Positions 12,070 to 25,424 of a DNA stretch of 64,000 bases are shown here, one piece after another. Numbering within the stretch: the first letter of the stretch is position 1; the number at the start of each line of letters is the position of its first letter. The notes under the pieces were generated by a model, which ran no database searches, had not been told where the DNA came from, and was given only the letters and a program-made list of their open reading frames with translations. This stretch comes from Harriotta raleighana. Taxonomy: Eukaryota. The stretch covers positions 2,952,304 to 3,016,303 of the forward strand of contig JBNZDD010013698.1 in the NCBI GenBank assembly GCA_050575255.1, in the 5' to 3' direction. A program made the translations under genes and the position numbers.

Positions 12070-12229
12070 AAGAAGTCATATCCACTTCATTGTTGTGTAT
12101 TATTTGAATAATCCAGAACAGCTAATGTGTGCTTTTAATGATTGATACCAGCTTTTCTCTAAAGGACAGCATTTTGGCTATGTTTCCGCCAGCAGATAGA
12201 ACTCTGCTCTTCCTACAAATCTAACTGAA

Positions 12230-12370
12230 CAATCGGCTTCCTTCACTTTACATTCTCCCACAAAATATACAGTCACTACACTTTACAGTATATTCTGTGA
12301 AGCGCTTTGAGATGTCTCAAAGACGTGATAAGGCACTATTTCAAATGTAAGGATTATTGTATTATTATTG
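12230..12370 (+). mobile_element. SINE 3' part
   Basis: CCCACAAAATATACAGTC...GTGAAGCGCTTTGAGATGTC...GGATTATT. Confidence 0.8.
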
Positions 12371-14254
12371 TTCACTTAGTGAACATTGGCTTGCTTCATG
12401 TCCTCCGTCTTATCCACTTCATATAGGCGAGCTTCTAGACATTCTGCCCCTGCTCTTTTGAGCTTCTACCTGAAGTCTCTCAATCTCCTCCCACCTTTTA
12501 AACCCACCTCCCCTCCTTCACCACCACTACCACCAGCTTTAAAACCAATCTTCAGACCCAAGTCTTCAATTGTACTTTCGGTCATCTTTCTCTCCAACCA
12601 TACTCTCTCTCCCTCCCCCTCTCCTGCTCTGGTTTCGGCTCCAGACAGCTTTTTAAAGTGGCTCTGGGTCCTCCTGATGTGAAAGTCGTCACATAAAAGT
12701 CAAATTAAACAGTCTGGGACTTCATAGCAAAATGTCCTAAGATCACTAATGTTTTATTGATTTCTGCTATCAAACTGCCTTTTGATCCATTTAGTACTCT
12801 GCCTGTGCTGATGCTATGCAACAGATGGGAAGTTAAACTGCAACAGGACCACAATGCACACTCTGAGGCCCAAGAGCAACCTGGCCAACCTGAGTGTAAT
12901 ACTCTCTGGGATCGGTAAGTACAGTATTAAGGTTTGTCCTCTAGAAAGACTACAAATTCCATTTCCAGGCACACAAGTCAATATCCCTGTGAAAGGTGGT
13001 AAGTATGTGTGGAATTCTTCGATTGATTTCAATACTTTTTAGGCATGGTGATAGGTTTGTGTATGTGTGAGACATCCGGATGACCAAAATAAAACCTTTG
13101 CAACTGAATACTTTGCCAACAGAGTGTTCTGCCTATGAACTGTCATCGTTTCTTTACTGTGCAACAGAATGCTCCGACTGTCCACTGATACTGCACCTCA
13201 ACACATGAATACTCTGCCGGTGAACTGTAATGCAGTACTGTGATATTACTGCACATCAGACAGGAGCTGCAGAAATGAACGAATTTGGTTTGTGTTGTGA
13301 TTTATCACAACAAGCCCCGGTAATGAAATCAGCTATTAAATTTCAGTACCAATATATGAAACTGGCATTTAGTGAAGCAAGATGGAAGTTTTATTTTCTA
13401 TTACTATCAATTTTGGTCTAAAAGCACAAACACTACACTACTTTCAGTATGTGGAAAATTAACAATGTCAATATGAATCCACTTAAACATTCAGGATTAA
13501 ATTGAAATTAAAATTAAATGTAAACTTCTTTCGACCAAATTATATTCCTCTTTCCTGTGATTCCCCATCTCTGTATCTTACTTAACCAGAATTGGCAAAT
13601 ATATTGACATCAGAAATCTAGGTTTGCACTCTATCAGCTAATTATTTTTAATCTGCATGTTTTATAACCATTGCTGTTAGTACCTACTTGACTAGAATGG
13701 GTAGGTAAGAATTATTTTACGTGACAGCTTGTGAACATTATTCCATTACTGCTGTGGGCACTCCTTCAATGAGTCAAAGGGCCAATTCAAGTCGACAGCC
13801 CAGATCGTTGCTGAGGTGAGTCTGGTCAAGAGCAGAGATTTATACATCAAAAGAGATTATGGTACAGTATTGAGATATAAATACTTCACAGAGCACAATT
13901 GTCTCTGTGCCGCTTAGGTCTGATGATGTGACGCGAAAGGCACTACACAGACGTAATTGTTTGTTGTTGTGTGTCAGGGGGAGGGGAGATAAATAATGTT
14001 GCCCAAAGAAGGAGGAAAACCAGGTTTGAGTGGATACAATAATGTAATCCTGGCAATTGACATAGTATTTTTTCACATCATCAAGACCTCTCAAAGTGCT
14101 TCTTGACAGGATTATGCTGTGGAGTGTAATGGGTTTGCATTTTGTAGGCGAAAGTGGTGACCAATTTTTTGCACACAGTGATTTCTCACAAACAAACAAC
14201 AAAATCTAGACTTCCTGCTCGATTACCTTTGTGGAATTGAGAGTCTCTATGTAA

Positions 14255-14555
14255 ATAAAAATCCTTGCATTTGATATAGCGCTTTTTACATCTTATCGAC
14301 GTCTCAAAGAATATACTGTAAAGTGAATGGACTGTATATTTATGGGCGAAACACGGCAGCCAATTGCGCACAGCAGTGTCCTACAAACAGTCGTGGATTG
14401 AAATGCCCAATATTAATATTGTGGTTTTTTTTGACGGAATATTATTAGGCATGTGAAGTAAGGAAACTTGCCCAAAGTTTCATCCTGATCTGCCTGGATT
14501 TGAACACAGATCTCACTCTTGTAAGGCGAGTGCTCTAACCACTGAGCTGCAGGAG
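14255..14555 (-). mobile_element. Full-length tRNA-SINE
   Basis: Reverse of the consensus, ending in the head GAGTGCTCTAACCACTGAGCTGCAGGAG. Confidence 0.85.
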
Positions 14556-14759
14556 CTGCACAAGAAAGTAGAAACAAAATAAATGGTTTGTAATCCATGA
14601 TAGAGTAGGTTTCAGCATGATTTGTGGAGGAAGTGGATTTATTTTAACATGGTTTATTTGGCACAACTGGGACACATAGTACAATAGAAGCTTTTTTCAT
14701 ATATGGAAGCCCATTCTATCACACCCCAGTCTAATGCAGCTTCACTCATAGCACTGGTG

Positions 14760-17700
14760 TCTTAGAGAAACAGAATTGTGATTTGTGAACAAGGAATGTG
14801 AGCAAGCGAATAAAAGGTGTGAAACTACTTGTTTTATCTACTTACCCTGAAATTGTTGACGGTAAAATAGACTAAGGAGAAAATAAGTGAGAGAGAAAGA
14901 GAGACAGAGGAGAGATACATTACAAAACATGTCTGGAAACTGAGATCCATTCCATGCACATTGTGTGCCATGTGAAAACTCCACAATGGTCCAGAATTTG
15001 TCTGGTGTTCTGGACAAATACTTGTGTAGGAAATGCCTCTGGTTACTTGAGCTTGAGCTCAGGGTTGCTGAGATCGATGAGAGGCTACAGTCACAACATA
15101 GGATACAGGAGGCTGAAGAATTCTTGGATCGAACTTTTCAAGAGATTTTCACTGCCACAGTGGGCTCAGAAGAAGAGTGAGTTGGTGACCATCTGACAGG
15201 AAGCAAAAAAAGAACAGGGAGTACAGAAATTTCTTGAGGACGGTTCTGGAGAGGAGTCAAAGGGTAATGGCTGTTCAGGGGAACAAGGGGGAAAAAAGCC
15301 AACACTATTGTTTTCAGGGATACAACAGTAATAGGGACAGACAGACGTTTCTGGCATAAAAGACGAGATGGTATGCTGCCTCACTGGGGCCAGGGTGCAT
15401 GGCGTCATGGAACAGGTACAAAATATTCTATGGGGAAGGGGAAAATCCGGAAGTTGTGGTCTATGTCGGAATCCATGATGTAGGTGACAAAAGAGCTGAG
15501 ACCCAACAGGGAGAACAGCAGAAATTTGGGAAGAAGGTAAAGAGCAGGACCTCAATGATCTCGGGATTACAACCAATGCCTTGTGCAACCAATGCCTTGA
15601 ATATCAAACCAGAAGGATCATAAAATTGAACGTTTGGCTGGACAAATGCAGGAAGGAGGGCTTCAGGTTTCTAAACCACTGGGACCACTTCTGGGGCAGA
15701 TGGGACCTGTACACAAGGGATGGGTTACACCTGAGCATGGCTGGGACCAATTTCATTGCAAAAAGGATAACAAATGCTTTGGGGGAGCATTTAAACTGAT
15801 TTCGAGGGTGGATGGGGATCAGAAGTTAGCATCAGGGAGGAGAAACGAGTTACACAATGGACGAGGAGAGACAAATAGAAATGAAACAAGGAATGGTCCA
15901 GCAAAAAGTGCAAATAGATGGGGAAGAAATGTAGAGTGCATTAAACCAGTCTTGGAGTGCAGGTGTGTAAATGCACACAGCGTGACCAACAAGCTTAGTG
16001 CACTGCAGGCTCAAGTTTCACATGGGATTTTGATGTAGTGGTAATAACGAAGACTTGGCTCAAGCAAGGACAGGAATGGAAGCTGAATATTTCTGGCTGT
16101 AATGTATTCAAGAAGGATAGGGAGGAGAAAAAAGGAGGAGAGGTGGCAATATTCATTAGGGACACAGTCATGGTCCTGGAAAAGGACAATGTGTTAGAGG
16201 GTCTAAAAACAGAATCTATTTGGTCAGAGTTAAAGAACAGAAAAAGAGCTGTTACTGTGTTAGATATTTACTGTAGACCACCAAATAGTGGGAAGGAGAT
16301 AGATGAGCAAATCTGCAAGCAGATTTTGGAGGGATACAAAACCAATAGAGTAGTGATAATGGAGGACTTCAATTACCCTAACATACACTGGTAAGTGTAA
16401 AGAGCAAGGAGGGGGAGGAATTTCTGAAATGTGGAGAATTTTTGGGATCAGCATGTTTCCAGTCCAATGAGGAAGGAGGCTGTGCTGGATCTAGTTCTGA
16501 GAAATGCAGTGGGACAAGTGGAGCAGGTTTCAGTGGACAACAGAGCATCTGGAGAACTTTTAGGAATGAACATTGGGAAGCCGTCAAGGAGGAGAAAGTT
16601 CATAGACAGAGCAAATAATGCCACAAAGGGGAAAGGTAGGGCAGTCAAACCTCCCTGGATGATTAAGGAAATTGGGATTAAAATAAAACATAAAAAAGGA
16701 GGCTTATGACAAATGTCAGGACCAAAATGCACAGCATAATCAAATAGAATATAGGAAATATGGAGTACAGTGAAAAGAGAAATAAGAGGGGTGAAGAGAT
16801 TGTACGGGAAAAGATTAGCAGGAAACATAAAAGGGAACTCTAAGGTATTTTACTAGCATATAAAGAGTAAAAAGTTAGTCAAAGGTAGGGGTGGACTCAA
16901 TTAGCGACCCAAGTGGAAATCTTCTTGTTGAGCCAGAGGGCATGGCCGATGTACTGAATGAGTACTTTGTATCTGTCTTCACAAAAGAAGAAGATGCAAC
17001 TAATGCCACAGTATCGCAGCTGTGTGAACAGAAATTGGATATGATAAAGATCAACGGAGAGCAGGTAGTAAAAAGGATGTGCTCAACACAGATAAGTCAC
17101 CTGCTCAGACAGGATGCATCCTAGGTTACTGAGGGAAGTAAGGGTGGAAATAGCGGAGGCTCTGGCCACAATCTTTCAATCCTATTTAGACACTGGAGTG
17201 GTGCCAGAGGAGTGGAGGGTTGCAAATGCTACTTCTCTGTACAAAAAGGGGCAGGAGGATAATACCTGGAACTAAAGGCTGATCAGCCTAACATCAATAG
17301 TAGGGAAACTTCTGGAGACTATAATCCGACAATATAAAATCTCTCTTAGAAAAATATGGTTTTGATAAACGATAGTCAACGTAGATTTGTTAAAGGCAGA
17401 TCGTGTCTGACAAACCTAATAGAATTTTTTGATGAAATGACTGAGAGGGTGGATACAGGTAGTGCAGTGGGAGTAGTTTATCTGGATTTTCAAAAGATAT
17501 TTGAGAAGGGGCCATATGAGAAACATAAATAAAATAGAAGCCCACGGTGTTAAAGGGACTGTAGCAACATGGATCCAGAGCTGGCTAGGAGACAGAAAGC
17601 AGAGAGTGGTAATGAATAGTTGCTTTTCTGACTGGAAGGAGGTGTGTAGTGATGTCGGTATTGGGACCATGGCTCTTTCTGATCTGGATCTGGATATAGG

Positions 17701-18401
17701 GAGCACAATTTCCAAATTTGCAGATGATACTAAGATAGGAAAAGTAATAAATGATGAGGAGGAAAGCACCAGACTCCAAGAGGACTTAGACAGATTGGTA
17801 GAATGGGCAGCAAGGTGCAAATTAAGTTTAATGTGGAGAAATGCAAAGTGTTGCATTTTGGTAAGAAGAATGAGGAAAGACAGTATAAGATAGATGGTAC
17901 AATTTAAAGGGGGTAAATGAACAGAGAGACCTGGGGGTCCAGATAAACAAATCTCTGAAGGTGCCAGGACAGGTAGATAAAAGCTGTTAAAAAACATACG
18001 GAATATTAGGATTTATAAATAGGGGCATAGAATATAAAAGTCAGGAAGTTATGATGAATATTTATAAAATGCTGGTTAGGCCTCAGTTGGAGTACTGTGT
18101 TCAGTTCTGGGCATCACACTTTAGGAAAGGTGTTAAAGCATTGGAGAGGGTGCAAAGCAGATTTACCAGGATGGTACCAGGAATGAAGGACTTTAGTTAT
18201 GAGGCGAGGTTAGCGAAACTAGGATTATTCTCCCTAGATCAGAGAAGATTAAGAAGAGATTAACAGAGGTTTTCATGATCATGAAGGGAATTGATTGAAA
18301 GCGGGCCAGTGGGATTGAGTTGGATTGCTCTTTTCGGAGCAGGCACAAGCACGATGGGTTCGAATGACCTCCTTCTGTGATGTATGATTCTATGATATCT
18401 A
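14760..18401 (+). mobile_element. Near-full-length CR1 LINE, decayed (ORF1 esterase; ORF2 endonuclease and RT)
   Basis: ORF1 remnants with Cys motifs and SGNH-esterase-like HWDHFWGRWDLYTRDGLHLS; APE motifs ITKTWL, YCRPPN, MEDFNYP; RT motifs SKFADDTK, LVRPQLEYCVQFW; 3' microsatellite-like tail TATGATTCTATGA; many frameshifts and stops. Confidence 0.92.
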
Positions 18402-18653
18402 TCGCTAATCAGCTGGCTTTCTACTTTTAAAAAAAACTTCCAAGCTGCAAGGTCATCATTGATATAATTTCCTGTGTCCTACAAATGCCACTGACATCAC
18501 TTTACAAAGGAAGTGAAGTCAGTGGCACTGCTTGCACAGAGCATGCCTGTGGAAGAACTCTAAGGCCAACAGCAATATTCTCATTATCACCTCAACTAAA
18601 ATTAGTGCAGCATTTCATTCACAATATATATATTTATACATTCAATTCACTTT

Positions 18654-18990
18654 AATAATAAAATCACTGCATTTGATATAGCGCCTTATCACCTCGTTGA
18701 GACATTTCAAAGCGCTTCACAGGATACACTATATTACATTGTATCATGTGAAGCGCTTTGAGATGTCTTGAAGATGTGATAAGGCGTTATATAGCGAGTA
18801 AGGGTTATTATTATTATTTAATAATCCCTCCCCCCAAAATTGGTCATTTCAATCCACGATTATTTGTGGAACACTGCTGGAACACAATTAGCTGTGGCGT
18901 TTCACCCACAAATATACAGTCAATTCAAGTTACAGTATATTCTGTGAAGTGCTTTGAGACATCTGGAAGACGTGAAAATCGCTATAACGC
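18654..18990. mobile_element. SINE cluster: two inverted SINE tails plus a sense 3' half
   Basis: Minus tail about 18654-18728, plus tail about 18740-18818, plus body and tail about 18820-18990. Confidence 0.8.
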
Positions 18991-20699
18991 TATGTACAAA
19001 CTTAAACATAATCAGGCACCTCTGAGCCCAGTCATTTAGTAGCTCTGGATTATTGGAACGTTTTATCTGAAATTACTACCAAAGATAAATATTGTGTGAA
19101 ATCTAATGATCACCAGCAATGATTTAAAGTCGAGTTTTCCCATGAATAGTGTTGTAAGGAAAAACTAGAATGACTTGCATTCGATGTCTGCACTAGAATT
19201 CTACATTTAGATTTGTCAAAATAAAAGATAGAAGCATTTAAAATAGTCACAGACATAAACATTTGTAAATGCAATGCAAATATTTGAGTTCAAAATTAAC
19301 ACATAACAGAGAATAGGACTTACTTTAGTTTTAGAAAATATACTAACTGTAATATTTAAAGATCAAATTATAACTTGGACATTTTTATACATTTTATAGT
19401 AGGGACAAACTTTCTATCAAAATATTCTATCATGAATACCAAAATACAACAAAATTGCATTTATAGAGTGCCTTTCACATCAAGAGGACATCCCATATCA
19501 TGGCTATTCTGTAAAGAAAGGAGAAATATGGGAATGCTTATTCAGTGGTTCAATACATTTTAGATGTTACAGTACAAATTCCCTTATGGGAAACTTACAT
19601 CAGCTTGGTCAGTTGTTCAATTATCACTGATTATACTTTTATACAAGTTACACCAGTTGAGTGGTTGTGTGGATACAACCTTTTTATAGACTTCACTTGG
19701 AAAGAAATTTTGTGGTCTTAATCTGTTTCACCGCAGAGATTGAACACAGGTTTATTACACTATCAGATCAGTTGGGAATTTCCCCATGTATCAGACTCCA
19801 TATCAAATAAAATAATTAAATTCAAAGCTTTATTTTATTGACAATCTGTAACATAAACTGAGCGAGTTCCCTTTCAAAAGGAAGTTTGTCCTAATCGGCT
19901 GTAATAATCTCAAATCCTTTGTGTCCAGCATTTGTTAAGAGCAAAACAAATTATTTTTTCTGGCCAAAATACAGTTGTTTTTTCACATAGAAAATATGGA
20001 TTTGTGTCAAATGGATTAGGTGGAAACAACCCATAATGTGGGCAAACTGGCTGCTATTTGGCCCACAAAAAATACTGTCAAAGCACTTTACAGGATATTC
20101 TGCAAAGTGGTTTGAGACGGCTCAGATGTGATAAGGTACTATATCAATGCAAGGTTTTATTATTATATATAATGTGCCTCTGCAAATTGGAATGTTTTGG
20201 CAATGTCAAGTGACAAATGAGTTGCCACTGTGTGCCAGGATTTAGTTTTCTTCAAGTTGTAATAATCCTTACATTTGATAACTGGAGGATGTCTCAAAAT
20301 GTTTCATAGGATTGACTGTATGGTGTACGTTTTAGGCGAAAAAATGTTTGAAGCTTGAGACAAGAGCTTGCTGTCTCAGCACAAATAATTTACATTTAAT
20401 AATTTACATAACGGCTTTCAAGTCAGCAGAACGTCCCAAAGAGTCTTTTCAGTACTAGATCAGCATCTGAACTGAGTGTGGGAGCCAAGGCGGTAAGAGA
20501 TAAAAGATGACTGAAAGCATGGTCATAACTTAAAAGAGAGGAGGGAGGGAGAAAGTCAGTGTTGGGGGTTGGACATTTCAAAGAATGGGGCAGAATGGCT
20601 GAAATGTTGGGAAGATATCCCAAAGCAGTTGGTAGTCTATGCTTCGCTCCCAACCTGATTGGGGGAGGGGGATGGGGGAATGAAAGGGGAAAGGATTCC

Positions 20700-20998
20700 T
20701 GAAAGTGCTGAAACAATGGCTTTCAGGTCTTCCAGACATCTTAAAGTGCTTCACAGAATATACTGTGAAGTGAATTGATTGCATATATGTGGGTGAAATG
20801 CTTCAGCCAATTGCACACAGTAGTGTCCCACAATCAGTTGTGGATTGAAACGACTAATTTATTATTGTTGTTTTTGTGGAGGAATTATTATCAGACATGT
20901 GGAGAACAGAAACTTGCCCAAGCTTTTGCTCTGCCGGGAATTGATCCCAGGTCTCTCGCTTGTGAGGCATGTGCTCAAACCACTGATCTACAGGACTC
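20700..20998 (-). mobile_element. tRNA-SINE
   Basis: Reverse consensus body and head (GGGAATTGATCCCAGG...ACCACTGATCTACAGGACTC). Confidence 0.85.
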
Positions 20999-21041
20999 CA
21001 CACAAGGATGGACGTGATTGGCTCATGTAGCTAGTATGAAA

Positions 21042-21480
21042 AATAATAATAATAATCTTTGCATTTGGAGTAGCACCTTTCACATCAAGAGGACATTCCA
21101 AAGCACTTCACAAGATTATTGTGAAGTGGAGTGATTGTGCATTTTCTTTGTAGGTACAAATGGCAGCCCAATTATACACAGCAAAATCCTATCAATAGCC
21201 ATGATACAAATGACCAATTTCATTTGGGAGATTTGTTGGCCAAAACATTGGGAGAAATGTCCTCGTGTTTGCGAATAGTACCGTGAGATCTTTAACATTC
21301 ATATAAATAGGAAAATGGGACCTTGATTTAATGTCTCATCTCAAGGATGGAACCTCTTACAATGCAACATACCACAGGACTGGTTTGGACTGTCATCTCT
21401 ATGTCATTTCAAGTCCAGCCGAGAGGCCTGAACCTACAAACTTCTGATTCAAAGATGAGAATACTAACATAGAGAAAGGC
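21042..21480 (-). mobile_element. Older Deu-domain SINE (SacSINE1/AmnSINE-like)
   Basis: Reverse of Deu-like segments GAATAGTACCGTGAGATCTTTAACATTC and TTTAATGTCTCATC, plus a tRNA-like head; homologous to 35305-35960 and 62800-63060. Confidence 0.6.
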
Positions 21481-22104
21481 AAGAACATGGGTTGCAGAAC
21501 TCTGTATAATCTGCAGCTTCTGAAGGGAAGGAGGTAGTTTGGCCAAGCAGAGAGTTAATGCAGTCTAGCCTGGACATGATGAAAGCATGCCAAAAGTCAA
21601 GAGGTCATGGTGAAGACAGCCAATACTACAGAAACGGTGGATACCTTGAATGGGTCAGAGCTTGGAGGTAGGTTTTTATGGACAGTTGAAAATACAAAAT
21701 ACAAAAATGAGATTTGTTTCGTCTGATAGCTCATTGTTGGATTCATGAAATACTGCAATGTGGCATTTAACCATATATGAAAAGATAGGTCTCAGATTTA
21801 GATCTGTGCTGAGTTAACCGATTTTTTTAGCTGGGCAGAAAGGAGAACCAGAACTATTGGCCTGGCCTTTTTGCCCCGGTCTATAAATAGGTTAAAAAAA
21901 AAAAAATTGCCAAGGGAAATAGGAATAGTGAGACATATGAGATCAGGAGGAGCACAGATACTGAGAAGAAACAATAAAGACCCATAGAAATTCACAATAC
22001 CAAAGTCCATTCATCCCAGCACATCAGGAGAAAGGATAAATCAATGCCTTTTCCTGATACCTCTGCAAATCACTTTTTAAATATTTCTCTAGTTCCCTAG
22101 TTCT

Positions 22105-22350
22105 AGTTTCTCTATCCAACCTGCTGGATACATCCTCAAAAAACTAAAAGATTAGACAAGCATGACTTCCCTTTTGTAAAGGCACGTTGACTCTGCCTAA
22201 TCTTTTTATGGTTTTCCAGGTATTCCATAACGATGTCTTTAATTAAGGACTCAAGAATTTTCCCTACCACTGACATCAGACTAACTGGTCTATAGTTCCC
22301 CATATTTTCTCTCCCACCCTTCTTAAATAGTGGATTAGGTTTGCAATCTT
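22105..22350 (-). mobile_element. CR1 RT fragment
   Basis: Minus ORF segment PLFKKGGRENMGNYRPVSLMSVVGKILESLIKD...SQRAFTKGKSCLSNL. Confidence 0.85.
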
Positions 22351-23697
22351 CCATTCCATGAAGCACTTTGAGACGTTTAGAAGACACAAAAAGTGCTATA
22401 TCAAACACAAGGATTATTATTATCATCACTATCTCTGTGGCAACTCCAGCCTGCTACCTGTTCTGCTCTGCCTCATCTTTGATGGGTGAACCTTAAATCA
22501 CTTAACCCTTTCCTCTGAAACTCTTTCCCCAAGTCGTGCTTTCCGAGTGAGAAATTATTTTCACTGACAAACCAGCCGAGTGTCTCATTTTTACACCTCT
22601 GTAAAAACTGAAGCGAAATACTCATTCATTACCGCTGCCATACCTGCATTTACCATGCCTGGATTTTCCTTTCACTCACTAATTGGCCTTAACTTTTAAG
22701 TATTCTTTTGCTTTCTATACATTTATAAAATCCTTTCATATTTTCTTCAACTGTATTTTCTTTTTCTTTAACTATTTTCTTAATATCCCCTCTTAGCATT
22801 TCGAATTTCCTTTTCATGCTTCATTCAGGTTCAATCACTTCTAGTTTTCTTTGGTATTATTTCTTCAGTGTTTCGCCTACAAAATAGTCAATTCACTTTT
22901 CAGTATATTCTGTGAAGTGCTTTTGAGACATCTTTGAGACATGATAAAGTGCTATATTAAATGCAACGATTATTATTATCTTCAGATTTATTCTACGCCT
23001 CTCTTTAAAATCTTTCCAGGTGAGGTATTGTTGCCTGCAGGATTTAGAGCCATAGGAAAATCTCCTACAAAATCAAAAAGTAACATGATTTATGGTGGCT
23101 CTTTATGTGAACATTGGTACTTCTGGAACAGGAAATAGAGTATGACAAAGTTATCTTATTTCCTTAACAATGGGGACTTGGTACCAATGAGCAACTGAAA
23201 AGTGTTAGCAACAACTACTTGCATTTATACAAACTCTTCACACAGGGTGGCATCTTGGAGCACTTAATAATAGTTTGACCCCGAACTGGGGAGAAAGAAG
23301 AGTTGATTACAGGCATGGTCAAAAAGGTATGTCTACAGGTATGATCTGAAGATGGGCAAAGAAGGGGCTCTGATGAATTCAGAACACAAACCTACTTACT
23401 GAAATAATGTTGTGAAGGAGGGAGAGGCAAGCAAAACCTGTCAGTATAAATTTCCTAGAGATAAGAACACAACTTTACCCACTAGTCTTATTTTTTTAAA
23501 ACAAATGTGTAATCCGAGGTGGACAGCAAAGTATATGCTACACGTACAGTGCATGGTAAGAATTAAAACCAAGGTAGTTTGAAATGAGATGAAGAAACAT
23601 TTATTGACATAGAAGGTTATGCAAAAGCAAAATTCATGGCCCTCGAAGGCTGTACAAACACTATCAATTAGGATGTTTAAATGGGGAATAGATGATG

Positions 23698-24063
23698 CTA
23701 ATAATAATAATTCTTGTATTTGATATAGCTCTTGATCACATCATCGAGACATCTATAAGTCCTTCACAGAATATGGTGTAAAGTGAATTTACTGTATATT
23801 TTGTGCACAAAACCCAGCAGCCAATTGCGCACAGCACTGTCACACAAATAGTCGTGGATTTCATTTTTTTGTTGTTTTGAAGAAATTATTACTTCCAGAA
23901 AAGCAATCCACCAATGGCCTAACACCCGGGTTCCTAGTTACTGCTAGGTAAACAGAGAAATATGGAGTGAGAAAACTTGCCCAACGTTTCCCCCAACTGG
24001 GAATCAGATCGAGATTCGGCTACTTACGATGTGAGTGTTCTAACCACTAAACTGCAGGACTCC
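23698..24063 (-). mobile_element. Full-length tRNA-SINE, long subfamily
   Basis: Tail, body, extra domain (CTAACACCCGGGTTCCTAGTTACTGCTAGGTAAACAGAG) and head ending GCAGGACTC. Confidence 0.85.
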
Positions 24064-24174
24064 ACGATAGAAAGTTGAGAGAAAAGGTTATTATGTATCT
24101 TATAAAGATGCAAAATTGTATTAAAAATACGTAAAAGATATAATAAACTAGTTTAGTAGACTCTACAAGGGAAA

Positions 24175-24368
24175 TAATAATGATAATAATAATCCTTACA
24201 TTTGATATAGCGCTTTTCACGTCTTCTAGACGTCTCAAAGAGCTTCACAGAATATACTGTAGCGCGAATTGACTGTATATTTGTGGGTGAAACGCGGCAG
24301 CCAATTTCACACAGCAGTGTCCCACAAACAGTTCTGGATTCAAACGACCAATTTTTTTTAAGGATTAT
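24175..24368 (-). mobile_element. SINE 3' half
   Basis: Close match to the reverse consensus tail and body. Confidence 0.85.
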
Positions 24369-24807
24369 CTACTACTGTTCTTATATTCCTAGTATAAAAT
24401 AAGGAGGGGTATCGTTACTGTACACTAATGAGCTGGTCCCAACCTCCATAATGTAGTTCATGCTCCAGGCTTATTCTTTTCAACAGTACTTTTAAATGTA
24501 GCTGTAAAATACAGCACTGTTCAATATTATTAAACATTTATTGTGTGCAGATTTTTACATTTGTCACATTATTAATTTTTTACCTTCAATACATTTTTAA
24601 TATAAACTAAGCGTTAACCAGTTCCTTGAAAGAGTTACAATGAAAATTACAATTTTAGTTTAAAAAATTGCTTCTTAATTGATCTGTTCTTTTGCAGTGT
24701 TCAGCCCTAATGTCCACACTGTGAGCCTTGATCCTATTTCCATTGAAATGTTGAGGATCTCTACCACACTCTCTTTGTAATGGTAAACCAGAATCTAATA
24801 ATAATAA

Positions 24808-24960
24808 ACAAAAAAAAAGTTGCTGGGAAAACTCAGCAGGTCAGGCAGCATCCATGGAGAAAGGAAAGTGAGTCAATGTTTCGGATCCACAACCTTTCGT
24901 CAGATCTGCAACTTCTGTTTTTGTTTCATATTTCCAGCATCTGTAATATTTTGTGTTTTC
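24808..24960. mobile_element. Penelope-like palindromic non-autonomous element with degenerate hammerhead core
   Basis: AAGTTGCTGGGAAAACTCAGCAGGTCAGGCAGCATCC ... GCAACTTCTGTTTTTGTTTCATATTTCCAGCATCTG; minus strand 24870-24903 reads CTGACGA-AAGGTTGTGGATCC-GAAACATTGACTC. Confidence 0.6.
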
Positions 24961-24971
24961 TAATAAGAATA

Positions 24972-25424
24972 AAGTAAAACCCTGTTTATCCGGCACCCAC
25001 AGAACCTGTCCAGTGGCTGTTAAACGGTTTTCCTGTTGAACAGATTATTCTAAAAATTATTTTTTTAAAATATTTTTTTAAAATAAAAAATTATTTGAAC
25101 ACATTCCATACTAATAATAGACTAAATAATAACAGAATATTGTATTAGTACTTTATTATTTATACTTAACTTTGCAATGGCAGCATTCACCCGACGGAGG
25201 TTAAAATAAAACGCAACTTTAAAAGGAGCAAGAGCAAGTTTAGACCCGACTAGCGGCCAGCCGCAAGTACCTGCACAAGTACTTGTGTGGACAGTTGATT
25301 CATTAAAAGCGTCATCACTATTCGCCGGATAACTTCCGGTTCATCGAATCGGGACTTTTTTTTGAGATAGCGGTTGAACGGGTTTTCCAGTTCATCCAAG
25401 TTATGGATAAACAAGATTTTACTG
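24972..25424. mobile_element. pogo/Tigger-type MITE (family A)
   Basis: TA flanks; TIR AAGTAAAACCCTGTTTATCC / GGATAAACAAGATTTTACTG; homologous to 35964, 39494, 52281 and 53110. Confidence 0.88.

Noticed and set aside
12854-13005. Plus-strand donors GGTAAGTA at about 12914 and 12998
   Set aside because: No convincing acceptor or recognisable peptide; kept only as a caveat to the minus-strand model
17416-17997. Longest ORF (193 aa, minus strand)
   Set aside because: Antisense to the CR1 RT region; not a gene
14929-18300. Active CR1 or domesticated RT gene
   Set aside because: Many frameshifts, stops and internal deletions
19774-19785. NF-kB site GGGAATTTCCCC
   Set aside because: Single isolated motif with no supporting context
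24698-24720. Plus-strand 23-nt microexon (TTTGCAG|...|GTGAG)
   Set aside because: Frame-shifting length, modest donor and no other plus-strand gene evidence
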